Below are positions 31,113-43,554 of a DNA stretch of 64,000 nucleotides, piece by piece. Numbering within the stretch: position 1 is the stretch's first letter; every line of letters starts with the position of its first letter. The translations under genes were made by a program, and so were the position numbers. The stretch lies in NCBI GenBank assembly GCA_009103225.1, contig RHPI01003124.1, positions 311,757 through 375,756 on the forward strand, read 5' to 3'. A model generated the notes under the pieces. That model was not told the DNA's origin. It was given only the letters and a program-made list of their open reading frames with translations, and made no database searches. This stretch comes from Chlorokybus atmophyticus (Eukaryota; Plantae; Mesostigma and Chlorokybus algae).

Positions 31113-32065
31113 ATGGCGCCGGCAACTACTGTAAGTATTGCTTACCGCTATTTGGTTTTGCTTACTAGCAAGCGTCGTTGTGTAGTAGCTGAACAGTCAG
31201 ACTCATGCTTAGGCCTGGGGTTAATGTGGAAATGCCATCCTGGGTGCTAGTGTACGAGTGTATCTGTAGGGATGAGTACATTGGTGACTTGACCATGAGG
31301 GGGCCACACAACCAATGCTGCATGTGCTTTGCTCGGCATGCTGTTGCTATCATCATCAAACACTTACTCAACTAGGTAGGTTTCAGTAATTACAGCAACA
31401 TGACTCTGAGCAGCCCATGCATAGCTGCTCAGAATCAGTCTGTTGCTGCACAACCTGTGCTGTTGGTATTCAGTGAAGATTGCTCCATAATCTGCGTGGT
31501 TACATGCTGAACATTTTCTTCGCTCTGATTATCCCTGTCATTGCAGTCACCATGTGTCCGCAATTCACAGTACATGATCCGTGATATAATCTGATTCACG
31601 GATCAACACGAGTGACAACATGATAAAACGTCCAGCACACAACCTCTCTTTACCAACGCTACACTGTGAACTCACGCAAGCTGCGGTTGGTAACCTCGTA
31701 TGCATTGCTCTGCGGTCAATTGCTGGTGAACAACATGCATGCACGCACAGCATGGACTCAGGCGCGTGCGAGACGCAAGACCTGATGCCATGGTCGAGGA
31801 CGCTGAGTGTCTCTGTGCGTTTTTGCTGTGTGGTCCACAGGCGACCGAAGCGGAGATGAAGGCTGCAAAGCTTGATATGATGTCGCGGGACGCGTGCGCG
31901 GGTCTGCTGATTCCGCTTAACAAGTGCCGGCGAGCGACATTTTATGCGCCGTGGAAGTGTGAGGACCTACGCCATTCCTATGAAAAGTGCGAGTTTGACG
32001 AGTTCATGAAACGTGTCAAGGAGGTCGAGGCGAATCCCTCACTCAGAGACACCAAACTGGCTTAG
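31113..32065 (+). CDS. NDUFB7: NADH:ubiquinone oxidoreductase subunit B18 (NDUFB7)
   Basis: ATEAEMKAAKLDMMSRDACAGLLIPLNKCRRATFYAPWKCEDLRHSYEKCEF with twin CX9C motif; exon starts at acceptor 31840; probable first exon MAPATT at 31113-31130. Confidence 0.92.
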
Positions 32066-32419
32066 GAGTTGATTCATTGATTGTTTCGCACGCACATGCA
32101 TTGGTGGTTGTCGTGTAACCTGCACAAACACCTAGCTTACTATTGAAGTGGATCACTCTATTAAGACAGCCAATGCGGAGCAGGGCATTGTGGCTAACCA
32201 CAACCACATCATGGTTTGCAGCAAACTGTTGGCAGAAAGACATTATGTGATTCGGGCATACACTGCCAGTTGCAGCAGTAACCATGTCTGCGAAGACATC
32301 CCATAGCATTACATTTGTGCGGGAAGCACTGATGCACACAACCCGTTGGGTCCCTTTGTCAGTTTGACTCCTTGTGCAGCATCGTGTTGGTACAAGTATT
32401 ACAACAATGCCAGCGAGTG

Positions 32420-35400
32420 CTAAGGTTTCAGCAACTTTTCAAATATTGCGCTGACATGCTGAGGGTTTGCTCGGCCTCCCGTCTTCTTCATGACTTGTCC
32501 TACAAAGAAGCCCAACAGCCGCACCCTCCCCGCACGCACTTGGGCAGCTTGAGCAGGGTTCTGATTCACCAGCTCCTCACACATGGCCTGGCCGGTGACA
32601 TAAGGTGTTAACGTTAGCCTGTTGTTGACTTGGAGTGCAACGAGTGAAGCGCAGGGGCACACAACAACAATATCTGACCTGAAGAGTGTCTTCATCCGAC
32701 AGCTGCTCGCCGCCACAGAGCTCCCTAACAAGCTCTTGCATAGCCCGAGCATCTTCGCTCATCATCGCTGCAGTCACGAGCTTCGATTGACGACTGCTAA
32801 TGACGCCGGAAGCCACCATCGCCAGCAGCTGCATGAAGGTTACGTATTGTCATGTACCAACAAGCACAGTAGAGACACAAACTACACTTCTCATTCTTGT
32901 ACATACACTCGTGTGCTCAACCCCCCACCCACCCCACCCTCACACCCGACTACTCCAACACACCCCTACGTGTGTGTGAGTATGTGCCCGCGCGCACACA
33001 CGCACGTGCACATGCACCCACACAAGCACACACCAACCCACCTGAGCAGCACGTTGCGGCGAGGCTGACCCAGGCAAGCGGCTGAGACTCTTGTTGGCAG
33101 CGCGGGCGGCTCCGCATGCGTCGCCCATGATCCATTTGGCCACAGTTGAGGGGTTCAAAGGGCTGCTCTGCTGCTGCTCAGATAGGATGGATCTGAGGTA
33201 TGAGACAGCTCCCGGCTCGGCCACGAGTGTCGTAGAGAGCGAGTCGCTCAAGCCGAACAACGATTGCAGTTGAAGAACGGTTTGGCTTGGCAACTCAGGA
33301 GTGGATTTGCGCAACTGTTGGAGATACTCCTTCGACAACACCTGAAGGCAGGGACATACGCATACGTGTGTGCGTGCAGGAGTGCGTATCTACACTTGTA
33401 TGTATCTTTCTGCATCAGCGCACGAGAGTGTGCAAGTATGTGCACGCGCATGCACGTGTGTGCACATGCATGCGTGCGTGCGTGCGTGCGTCCGTGCGTG
33501 GTTGCGCGTGCATTTCTGCATACACAGTGCAAACTTGGATGCGCAAAGTTACACAAATAATTACGAATATGCCATCACGCACACACGTGCGTCAGCAGAT
33601 ACATCCATGCATGGCTGTCAAAGCAATCAACTGCTGTGGTAACATACCAAGTGAGGCAGGTCGGGCTCAGGCATAAATCGATAGTCCAGAGAGCTTTCCT
33701 TGGTGCGCATAGATACTGTCCGGCCCGTAATGGGATCGAATGACCTCGTCTCCGACTCCACGGCAACACCTGCCAGAAGTGCATCGCTGTGCCGCTGAGC
33801 TTCAAAGTCGATGGCGCGGGCAATATTGCGAATGCTGTTGAGATTCTTCACCTGCATTGTGGATACGCAAAGTCCGAACATGGTGCTATCGTACATGGGC
33901 TTGTTACAGTTCCAATATGAGCGCGTGCGCGCGTATGTACACGTGTACACACATGTGCGTGTGCTTGAAAACCATACCTATGATTGTCAATCAATCAGGG
34001 TATATGCGCAGGAGCTTGCGCATGCACACGCACACGATTGCGCATGCACATGTCTTATCGCTTACACAGGTACACTCGCAAAAAAGAAAAATGTCAACGT
34101 GCAGTACCTCACAGCGTGCGGTATGCCGCCCATCAGCAAGCTTAACGGACACATTTACGTCAACCCGCAGGGAGCCCTCCTGTTCCCAGTCACACAAATT
34201 CAATTTACATGCTGGCAAAGCTTCTTCAAAGCTGGATGACATTGACACCAACCTCCATGTTGCCATCGCTTGTGCCAATGTGACGTAGGAGATTTTGCAT
34301 GTCACGCACGAAAGCGGCTGCATGCGTGCCGGACCGCATATCCGGTGCCGTAACAATCTGATTGTTGCAGTAGTGAAGAGCAAGAACAACAATGTTCATG
34401 GACTTTGGGGGTCAACTGTATGCATGTACCTCCATCAGTGCTGTCCCGGCCCGGTTCAAATCAACTAAAGCATACTGCTGGTCGGGCTCGTAGCTACTTT
34501 TTCCTGTGTCCTGCTCCAGCTGTCCTAAAGCACAAGCTTGGGGATCATACATCATGAAATTGGCATGCATGCATGCATGCATGCATTGAAGGTGGACTGA
34601 GGTGCTATGCTTGCCTGTACTCTCTCAATTCGGACGGGCAAGGCAGGCTGCCCCTTGTCTAAATGGACTTGAAGCGAGCCGCCAATTACAATTGGAGAAC
34701 GCTGCTGTGTTATCTGGTACCACGAAACCAGTTGTTGACATGTTTGTACATATATCTACGGGCAGATGGCTGTTTGTTGCACTAATCACCACTCAACTAC
34801 GCGATTGCATTGTGCGCTGGTGTGCCTGTACACGTGTGCCCAAGCTTACACCTCTAAACAGTCAGTAAAGCACAACATTGTGCAATGCATACAACCAATA
34901 TGCAGCTAAGGAGTGTGCGCTGCGGTGGTCAAGGCTGTTACACCACCATATACATCATGCACACCTGGAAACCGTGCGGCAAGTCAGGGTAAAAGTAGTG
35001 CTTGCGGTCAAAATGACACCTTTGTTGCACTGTACCGCCGATTGCGAAACCCGTGCGTACTGCTGCCTCCACGCACTTGCGGTTGAGAACCTGATCACCA
35101 TCATTGTAGTGAACATCATGCAACTTTGATTTTTGACACAACATTCACACATGCACACAATCCAATCTAGCAACACCTACAGGCAAGGTGCCCGGTATCG
35201 CAGCGTCAAACAAGGCAACATTGCTGTTGGGCTGTCGTCCAAAATCAGTTGATGCACCTGCCATAGAAAATGTGCCAAGCTCAGTATATACTCAAACAAG
35301 TCAAACATGCTCCAAACAGGTAAGCATGTGCGCATTAGCTTTGTGTAAATGGCATGGCGTGTAGGTGTGCATATGCGTGAGCGAGTGTATGTGTTGGCAA

Positions 35401-35642
35401 ATGCGCGCCTGCGAGCGTGCACATGCATACATATGTGTGCATTCTCGTGTGTGGGCGTGTGTGTGCTTGCATGTGGGGCAAGCGTCTGTGCGCGTACCCG
35501 AGAATAGCTTCTGTCCAGCTGCTATTTGGCAATGAAGCTCCAGACCAACAACAGTCTCTGCAGCACTGGATGAAGCAGCGCGATGTAACCACTTTTGCAG
35601 GAGCAAGCTTGTTGGTGTTCTCTGGCACAATGCAGCAAGCAT
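32420..35642 (-). CDS. gatB: Glu-tRNA(Gln) amidotransferase subunit B, organellar
   Basis: [10 protein letters not shown]; [17 protein letters not shown]; [16 protein letters not shown]; QLEQDTGKS; [14 protein letters not shown]; [12 protein letters not shown]; EVKNLNS; [11 protein letters not shown]; [17 protein letters not shown]; transit-peptide-like N-terminus. Confidence 0.96.
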
Positions 35643-36884
35643 GCTTGCTGTTGTGCAAGCTCAGTGAAGACCTTCAACAACTCAGCTAGCTATCATCGCC
35701 AGCTGGTCCTGCATATTGAACGATCCATGCTCAGACAACATTGAGCAAAATCCGGCACAAACAACGTGCTGGTGAAAAGTAGGCTACTACAAACGCAGCT
35801 CGTACTGTGCATTGCAGTAGAGTAAACAGCATGAGTGCGTGCATGTTCGAGCAACTGCTTCGTTTGCATTGACTGTGAGCTAGTAGAACTTAGGAAACAA
35901 AGCGAATTGACAGCTTTCAGCGAGTGCAACAAGAGCATGCATGCTAAGAGCTGTGCGAGTGACGTACTTGCAAAAGTGCAACGCCAACAACGAGCTGGCG
36001 ACCAACCATGCTCCTACCTGGTTTCATACACCGCGCTTCACCCAGCTGCATGAAGCATTGGTGCTTGAGCCGCTCATCAGCGCCCAACACAGCAAGCAGT
36101 AGATTTAACCATGCACAGATTGCGCGCAGAAACTTCAGGCTCGAACCTAATAGTCAGCTGTAAACATGGGGCGGGAGTGGCGGCGGCTGGTGGTGCCGCC
36201 GTCGTCTTCGTCGTTGTCGTTGCTGGCGCTGACGGCCTGCGGTGGGTGTGGGCTTGCAATCGGCGGAGTTGGAGCAATGTAAGGTGGCACCAACCATCAG
36301 GCAGTTTTGTGCATGACCGTGTGTGCTGAGCGCAGTTTCATAAGCCCGTTCACAAGCATCGTCAGTTTGGCTGGATGGCACATTGCAACATCAAACGCTG
36401 CATTGTTGACACAGTAGTTGACTCTATGCTTGACACAAGCATTGGCATACACCTGCAAGTAAAGTTAAGTAATAAAAGCTTGACCTATGCTCACACACAC
36501 ACATTTATCGCGGGACGCAGCATTCTGCAGCAGACACAAGCAGTCAGCCAGGCGACAGCAGCTACGCCCTGCAGAATGGAGGCTGACTCAGTCTCAGGCA
36601 ATGCCTTAACTGGCACTTTCATAAACACCGCAGTGGAAGACAGGCGTTTTCCCATTAAGTTGAGAGCATAATTGGAAGCATTGTTAGGCTCGAAGTGACA
36701 GACAGTAGGTTGTCTAATTTTATGTGCTTGCAATTTGACTCAACAGTCCACACTGTACTTTGTGCAAATGTTGATGTATATATGCTTTCTACGGATGGCA
36801 ATGCCAGGGGTCTGCAATTCCGGACATGATCAAGCCTGACTTTGCCAGCAGTCAGCAAGTAGCTTTTGCCTTTGCCACGCAGCA

Positions 36885-38420
36885 GTGAAGCAAGACGGCG
36901 TCAAGCTCGGTGCGCATGAGGTGGTTGTTGCGCCCTCGCCTATTGCTGTTGCTGTTGATGCGTCCACCAATGGAATTGACACCGATGAGTTCACCTCTCG
37001 CGGCCTTCACAACATCAACGACATAAACGGGATCCCACTGAAGCGGATGCGCCGGTTCTGTTTACAACCTTTCAAAGCCACTCAGACTCCGAGAAGAAAG
37101 GCCCTCAGGTGTGGCTGCACGCGCGCTTGTACGTGTGTGTGTGTGTGTGCTTGTGTGTGAGTATGCACTTGTTCTTTGCAAGCAACATCACATACAGCAA
37201 GCTGCAAACTGTACACAGCATATAGTCATCCTTGCTGTCTGCAGGCTCTCACCATTGCTGTCTCAATCCCGGGCTCTCACCACCTGCATGGAACACCCGA
37301 GCGGCTGGTGGCGTTGCCACTGACCAAGGGTGAGGGCGTCTTGCTGAGCCGTATCGCTGTATGTATGGACAACTTGGACGTCTTTGAGCACCTTGTAGAC
37401 TCTCCGCTCTGGCTGTTTGGCTCCGTATGACCCAACATCCACGCATGGGGTATTCAGGCTCAACGGAGCCGAGATGTGGGTGGAGGACGTGTCAAGAACT
37501 CTGATCACCTATGTTCATGTATGCGCGCGCGCGTGTGTCCAATTTGTTGTGAACGTTATGTTTTTGCTTTGCCTACATAAGTTTGCGTGCAACAGGGTAA
37601 AGACTCGCTTTGGGTAGCCGAAAAGATTGTTCCGAATTGTTTTCCATGTTGGGTCCAACTCCATTCGAAGTGTCTGCACAGTACGGGCACATTACTGGCA
37701 CAAGCATGCTGCAGTACTTCTCCATCGCCAGCGCAGACGGAACCACCGTGAAGCCGATGGCAATGCAACTGAAGCAGGTTTGCAACATTGGGTTGCATTG
37801 TGGCGTGTTCGGCAACACGCGCTCTCATCAGTTGTCTGCAGGCTTTGACGAGCACAACTTGCCTTGCGACGTGCTGTGGCTGCATATTGAACACATCAAT
37901 GGCAAGAAGTACATGACATGGGAGTCCCATGGTGGGACTCGCGAGCACTTTGACAGCCCGTGGAGATGCAGCAGGTAACAGCTTTGTCTGCATGCCGTTG
38001 GCATTCTGCCAGTAGTTGCTTGATGATTTGCTAATTGCTGCTAGTCGTTGTTGCTTATCACTGCAAGTTAGTGATCATCAATCCCCACGTAAAACGGGAC
38101 AGCAACTTTACATTGTATTCGAAAGTTACATCCAAAGGCTACTATGGCAAGGATGCCGACGGCGACGTAAGGCAAACCACATGAATTCTCACTCATGCTA
38201 GTCATTGCACATCTGCTTCGTGCATTCGCATTTACATGATGAAACACTGACTATCATATGTCGATGCAGGAGTATGACAGTAAGGTGGTGCTGGCCAGGC
38301 TTAAGCTCTTATCTGGATGTGCTGAACTCGACCATCCTGGTGGGCAGACAAGTCCCTCAGCTTCTACCAAGGAAGCACCGAGCATCTGTACGTATGGAAT
38401 GAAAGAACTGTCGGCGGACA
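36885..38420 (+). pseudogene. GANAB: Glucosidase II alpha subunit (GH31) pseudogene fragment
   Basis: NLDVFEHLVDSPLWLFGS; GFDEHNLPCDVLWLHIEHINGKKYMTW; IINPHVKRD; WCWPGLSSYLD; STEHLYVWNE. The catalytic WNDMNEP motif is eroded, frameshifts and stops are present, and introns are retained. Confidence 0.85.
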
Positions 38421-38444
38421 GTGGATAGATGCGGCAGCGCCTTG

Positions 38445-39720
38445 CCATGGACAGACCACCTGCTGCTCCCCCCTGTGCTCGCGAACGACTGCATAGACAA
38501 TGCCGCTGACAACGAAGACGAGGACAACTGGCACGACTGCACTCCCCAATCCTAGCACAGCGCTATGTGCTTATGCTTGGCGGCGGTGGCGTTGGAGAGG
38601 GCGGCTGCCGCCGCTGTCGAGGGCATCGGAAGGGGATCAGGGAGGCCGGCAACAAGATCGACAAGGAGGAACAGGAGGAGTGCAAGCTCGAGGAGGAGGG
38701 CGTTTGCATACAGCTGTTTGGAAGCAATTTGGCCTGCGTTTTTTGGTTGTTTCTATTCTGCTTGTCCCAAATCCATGTCCAGGCTAGGCATGCATTGATT
38801 ATGCCAGTACGAATGCTTTGAGCATGAATACGTCTCGTTGAGCATGGGAACGTTGGTGGTGAGTTGATGATCATGAGAGGGGCTGACAACCAGTGCTGTG
38901 CTTTCCTTGGCATGGTGTCCTTATTATCAAGTGCCGCTCACACGATTTGAGGATGGTTCACCGCAGCGTTTGAATAAACATAGGTGGCAGCAGCCAATGC
39001 ATATTTGCTCAGGCTCATAATAGTATTGCACAACCAAGTTGTCTCGATACCATGCGGGTTGCTTGTGCTTACACATGCTCAAGAGTCATCAGTTTTATTG
39101 ACCATTGCCGTTGGATGCATTGTGTATACGCACATTGTACACTACATGTCCTCTCATGTGGAGTGCTCGGCTTGTATAGCACTACATGTGTCATGTTCGG
39201 ACTCATAGGACAATCTATCTGTACAGGACACAGCCTCTCGTTATCAGCGCTACGTTGTTCTTATGCAAGCTGCATTAGTGAACTAGCACACATTGCTCTG
39301 CGGTTAGCTTTATTGAAAGACTTGCACGGCATGAAGCAAGGCACACGCACTCACGCCAGCAGTTGTTCAGCGGAATTAGCAGCGCGCGTTCTGCACAACA
39401 TGTCCAGCTTTGCCGCCTTCACCTCCTCGTCAATCACCTGCGGGAACAGCCAGCGAAGAAGATGGACACTTAGCCTCATCAACTGTAATCTCAGGTCTTG
39501 CTCAAGTCTCTCATGTGTGCATGTGCCTGTTCCCATGAATGGTGCATCTGTCTTTCAACGGCAACTAAGTTCAGAGCGGTGCATGCTGCGTTGCTGGCCA
39601 CAGCTTGTGTGCGTTGACAATGCTGCACTGAGACAAAACGAGCCTGTGTGCTGCACAGCTGGCAAAACGTGACAACTATCATTCGTGTTGAGGCAACATA
39701 CTGTACAAGTTGTGCAGTTT
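38445..39720. pseudogene. Decayed rearranged duplicate of the UBE3D 5' end/NDUFB7 locus (~30866-31930)
   Basis: 38445-39330 is colinear with ~30866-31720 (gaggaacaggaggagtgcaag; cattgctctgcggt). 39355-39720 on the minus strand repeats the NDUFB7 intron and exon: VIDEEVKAAKLDMLCRT versus ATEAEMKAAKLDMMSRD. Confidence 0.8.
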
Positions 39721-40295
39721 GCGTACCACGTTGGTATGTGCGATGATATGATTGTGCACCTACTAGCAGCAAACATCATTGTAGATTACGATTCGTAGTG
39801 GCTTCACGTTATACCGACAGCATGCCACGCACAGCTTTGGCGTGTGCCCCTCTTGTAATAACGTCACATCACAAATGCACCCATGCTTGAAGGCTTAATG
39901 ACGCTGTTTCACTAAGTGACTGTGTGACAGATCCACGACCAAGCCTAGTTCAAGCCTAGTTCAAGCCTAGAGTTGGCTGTTGACAATATGGATAGGTTGC
40001 TTGCCAAGCATGACAGGGAAGCACTGAAAGCCGCCCACTTTAACGCAACCAACGCCGCCGACGCCAAACGGCGCTGCGTTAGGGGCAGCACCGGATTGTA
40101 AGAGAGGACCAGTTGCCTCCTGTTAGAAACGAGGCGAGGAGGGGGTGGAGACGGGGGTCCCCGCTGCCGGCGGGCGGGGCCATGGCGGCCGACGGCGGCT
40201 CTGCGCAGAACGACGACGCGGCGAGGTGAGACGGTCTGCTCCCGCCCACCCTTGCTGTTGTTTTTATCGGATTTTCCGTCATGCCCGCTCGCTGC

Positions 40296-40689
<394 letters not shown>

Positions 40690-43550
40690 GAGGGGGAGAG
40701 GGAGGGGTGCATTCACACTGCGTGCTGCTGCACAACCACCCCATTGCGCCGTGCATCCGAGTACTAATGCTGCTACTGTGCTGGACACAGGTAAATACAA
40801 TTGCGTGCATGCATGTGTGTGTCACGGGGCAATAGTGAAGGTAGGTAGGTAGCAACCAACCCGGTGGTAACTGTGAGTGTAATGGTGTTAGTATGCGGTT
40901 TATGCATGTGGGTGACACGTTTAGCATAGGGCTCATGCGTGCCACAACCCCTGCATCCCATATGTTGTACACCCCATGCCCTGGTTGGCGCCGCCGTCCC
41001 ATGCCAGAGGCCAGCTCGCTCATGCTGTTTTGGTGAGCGGCTACCCTATGCTAAGGCATAGGGCGTGCATGTCGCCTTGAGTGTGGTGTAAAGTGCTAGT
41101 GACAGTGTATAGATGCGTGGTTGGTGGTCTTGCATGAGTGTGGCGTGGTTAGGTGGGTGCTTGACTGGGAGCACCCTGCATGTGTAAGTGCTTGCATAGC
41201 CGTAGTTAGTGCCCATCCCCGACCATACAGAGCATTGTATAGACGAGACAGGCATCATGTCATCACCAAAGTTGATCTGGCAAGCCATACAAGCTCAAAT
41301 GCTGGACGTGCATTTGCATTGGCAACTACCAGATGCTGCGACGCATACGCAACAAAGTGAAGCGCATTCTGCACACTGCCTGTTCCTGTCCTCAATTCAA
41401 GACCATCACGTCATCCGCGTCATCTACTTGCTCAATGGTTCCAAAAAATGCTACGTGGGCATGACAGTCACTACGGCATTCAAGCGCTTCCAAGGGCACT
41501 GGCGTGCTGCACGTCACGACAACGCTACATTGTTAGAGCTGACAATGCGTACCCTGCCTGTGGATGCATGGGGTGTTTCGCCATTGGAGTCCATACCCCC
41601 TTGGCCGAGAGAAAGCAATACAGCCTGGCACCACCGTGCTGCACAGAACGAGTGGCTCTGGACCCAACGCCCAAGGACGGCTGTGCCGCGCGGCTACAAC
41701 GTAGACACGCCCCTTATAGGCGTGCCAGACTGCCACACTGGCGGCGTCAACAACTGCGTCACCAAGTATAACCACTGCACCATGAACAGCCTGGCAGAGT
41801 GTTCGGCTACAGGGACTTTTTCCATCGAATCCAACGGCTAGCTGAACGTATGCAGACAGCTCAGTTTACCCTCGCCACCCTACTCAACTTTAAGCTGAAA
41901 AACTTACACAACCTGGTAACGGTGCTGCAGCAAACAGCACCAGAGGACCTGCACGTGCTGCCGGGCCGTGCGCAAGCTTTGAAAGGAACAAACCACCGCC
42001 TGCTGCTGAACTATCCCACGGCACAAACCGCCTGCTGCTGAACTATCCCACGGCACAAACCCGCAATGCTCGCTTGCTGGTAGCATGTCCGTTTGCAAAT
42101 GGAGCGGCAGACGCATTGCAGCTGCAAACACAACCGTCACACCCCACGGTGCTGGACACATTGCCAAGACAAGTACAAGGACGACTAGGCCAACCCCTAG
42201 TGGTGTGGCGTTGCAGCCAGACAATAGGGCGCATGCTATGCAACCGGACCAAAGATATACCGCAATCCACCGCCCAGCAACAAGTGCAAGTCATGAAGAT
42301 GGAGGACTGCATCTGCACCTCACTGCGTTGGAGGGAGCAAGTACATGCACAGTTACATCACGTGGTCACCTGCGACTACAACAGGCTGACAGAGTCACAG
42401 GTGCTGCGTGACGCGCTGCACAGAGGCAGCAAGTTCCGCAGCCAGATGCCCGCAGATACGGACGTGTGCTTTGCCAGCAACCTCGAGGATCACTGAGGAC
42501 AGCCGTTCATCCTGCAGCAGTGGCAGACAACGTTCATGGCCTTGGTACGACAGCGTGCAGCGGAGATCACCGCCTCCCCTTGTGATTAGTCCCAAAGCAG
42601 CCAATCACAGACAGTGACAACGTGGGATGCTGTGGTCATTGCGACAGCTGCAGCGTCACTTCATCATCACAGAAGTGGACAAATGCAGCGGCACCCTCGT
42701 CGCTGTATGCAAGAAGTACTATCTGCTGTGCTTGACGGAGGAGCTATGTACAAATACATACGAGCGTGAAGATGCACCACCCCACTCGGTGTTGTAGCAG
42801 CACGCTGACTGCAACAACACCCATAATTTCCATACCTCCAAGCCGCAGCAAACCCCGAAGCTACCGCATCTGTACATGATGTTTAAACTGCACAATGACC
42901 CACCAAAGCCCCGCTTAATAGCGGCAGCCTCAGAGACCTCTTTGACAGATGCCAGCGTGTGGTTGACAAGGGCGTACCAGAGCATGATCCCCATCTGGCA
43001 TGACTTGTGGGCGGAGACAATAGGTCTGCCCGATGTGCCATACAGCTGGATGATCACTGACCACCTGGCATTCGGCCGACTGCAATAGGTATTGAACACC
43101 ACTCGCACAGCCAGAGACAAGCGCCAGCATCTGCAAATGCAGACTTTTGACTTCACTACGTTGTATCCACAGATTCATCACCAAGATTTGCGGCACCGCA
43201 TGAGGCGTTTGCTGATGCCACGTTCGACATGCAGTGGAAGCGGCGGCATGCAACCCACTTGCATCTCAACGTCCAATTGGATGGTTCAGTTAAACAGCAA
43301 TGGACTGCAAACGCGCATTACCACACAGACGATGACGCCGCAAGGCGCACATGCACAGCGCAGTCACTCAGTGATATGCTGCACTACGTGCTGCAGAGAC
43401 GTCCGTACAAGTAGCGAACTGTACAGGCAGCAGCGAGGAATACCATGGGCAATACCGCAGGAGTGCATTTAGCCAATGGCTATTTGCTAGTGTACGAGCT
43501 GGACTTCATTCACCGCCTACGCATGCAAGGTTACGCGGAGTTGGTGGGAC
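40690..43550 (+). mobile_element. Penelope-like retroelement with N-terminal GIY-YIG endonuclease (Chlamys/Naiad type), degenerate and 3'-truncated
   Basis: VIYLLNGSKKCYVGMT...KRFQGH...GYNV (GIY-YIG, ~41410-41710); CIC linker at 42308 followed by HVVTCD...RGSKFR; RT motifs LYMMFKLHN..PRLIAA, TFDFTTLY, YRQQRGIP(M)G. Stops and frameshifts; no YxDD seen before 43555. Confidence 0.85.
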
Positions 43551-43554
43551 AATG

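Noticed and set aside
40182-40225. Possible orphan first exon (ATG GCG GCC GAC GGC...AG|gtgaga)
   Set aside because: I found no in-phase downstream exon before or after the TE cluster, so a gene cannot be supported.
40690-43550. Selenocysteine recoding or hammerhead ribozyme in the PLE
   Set aside because: Interruptions include TAG stops and frameshifts, not only TGA, which indicates decay. I saw no CTGATGA...GAAA core with flanking stems in the leader.
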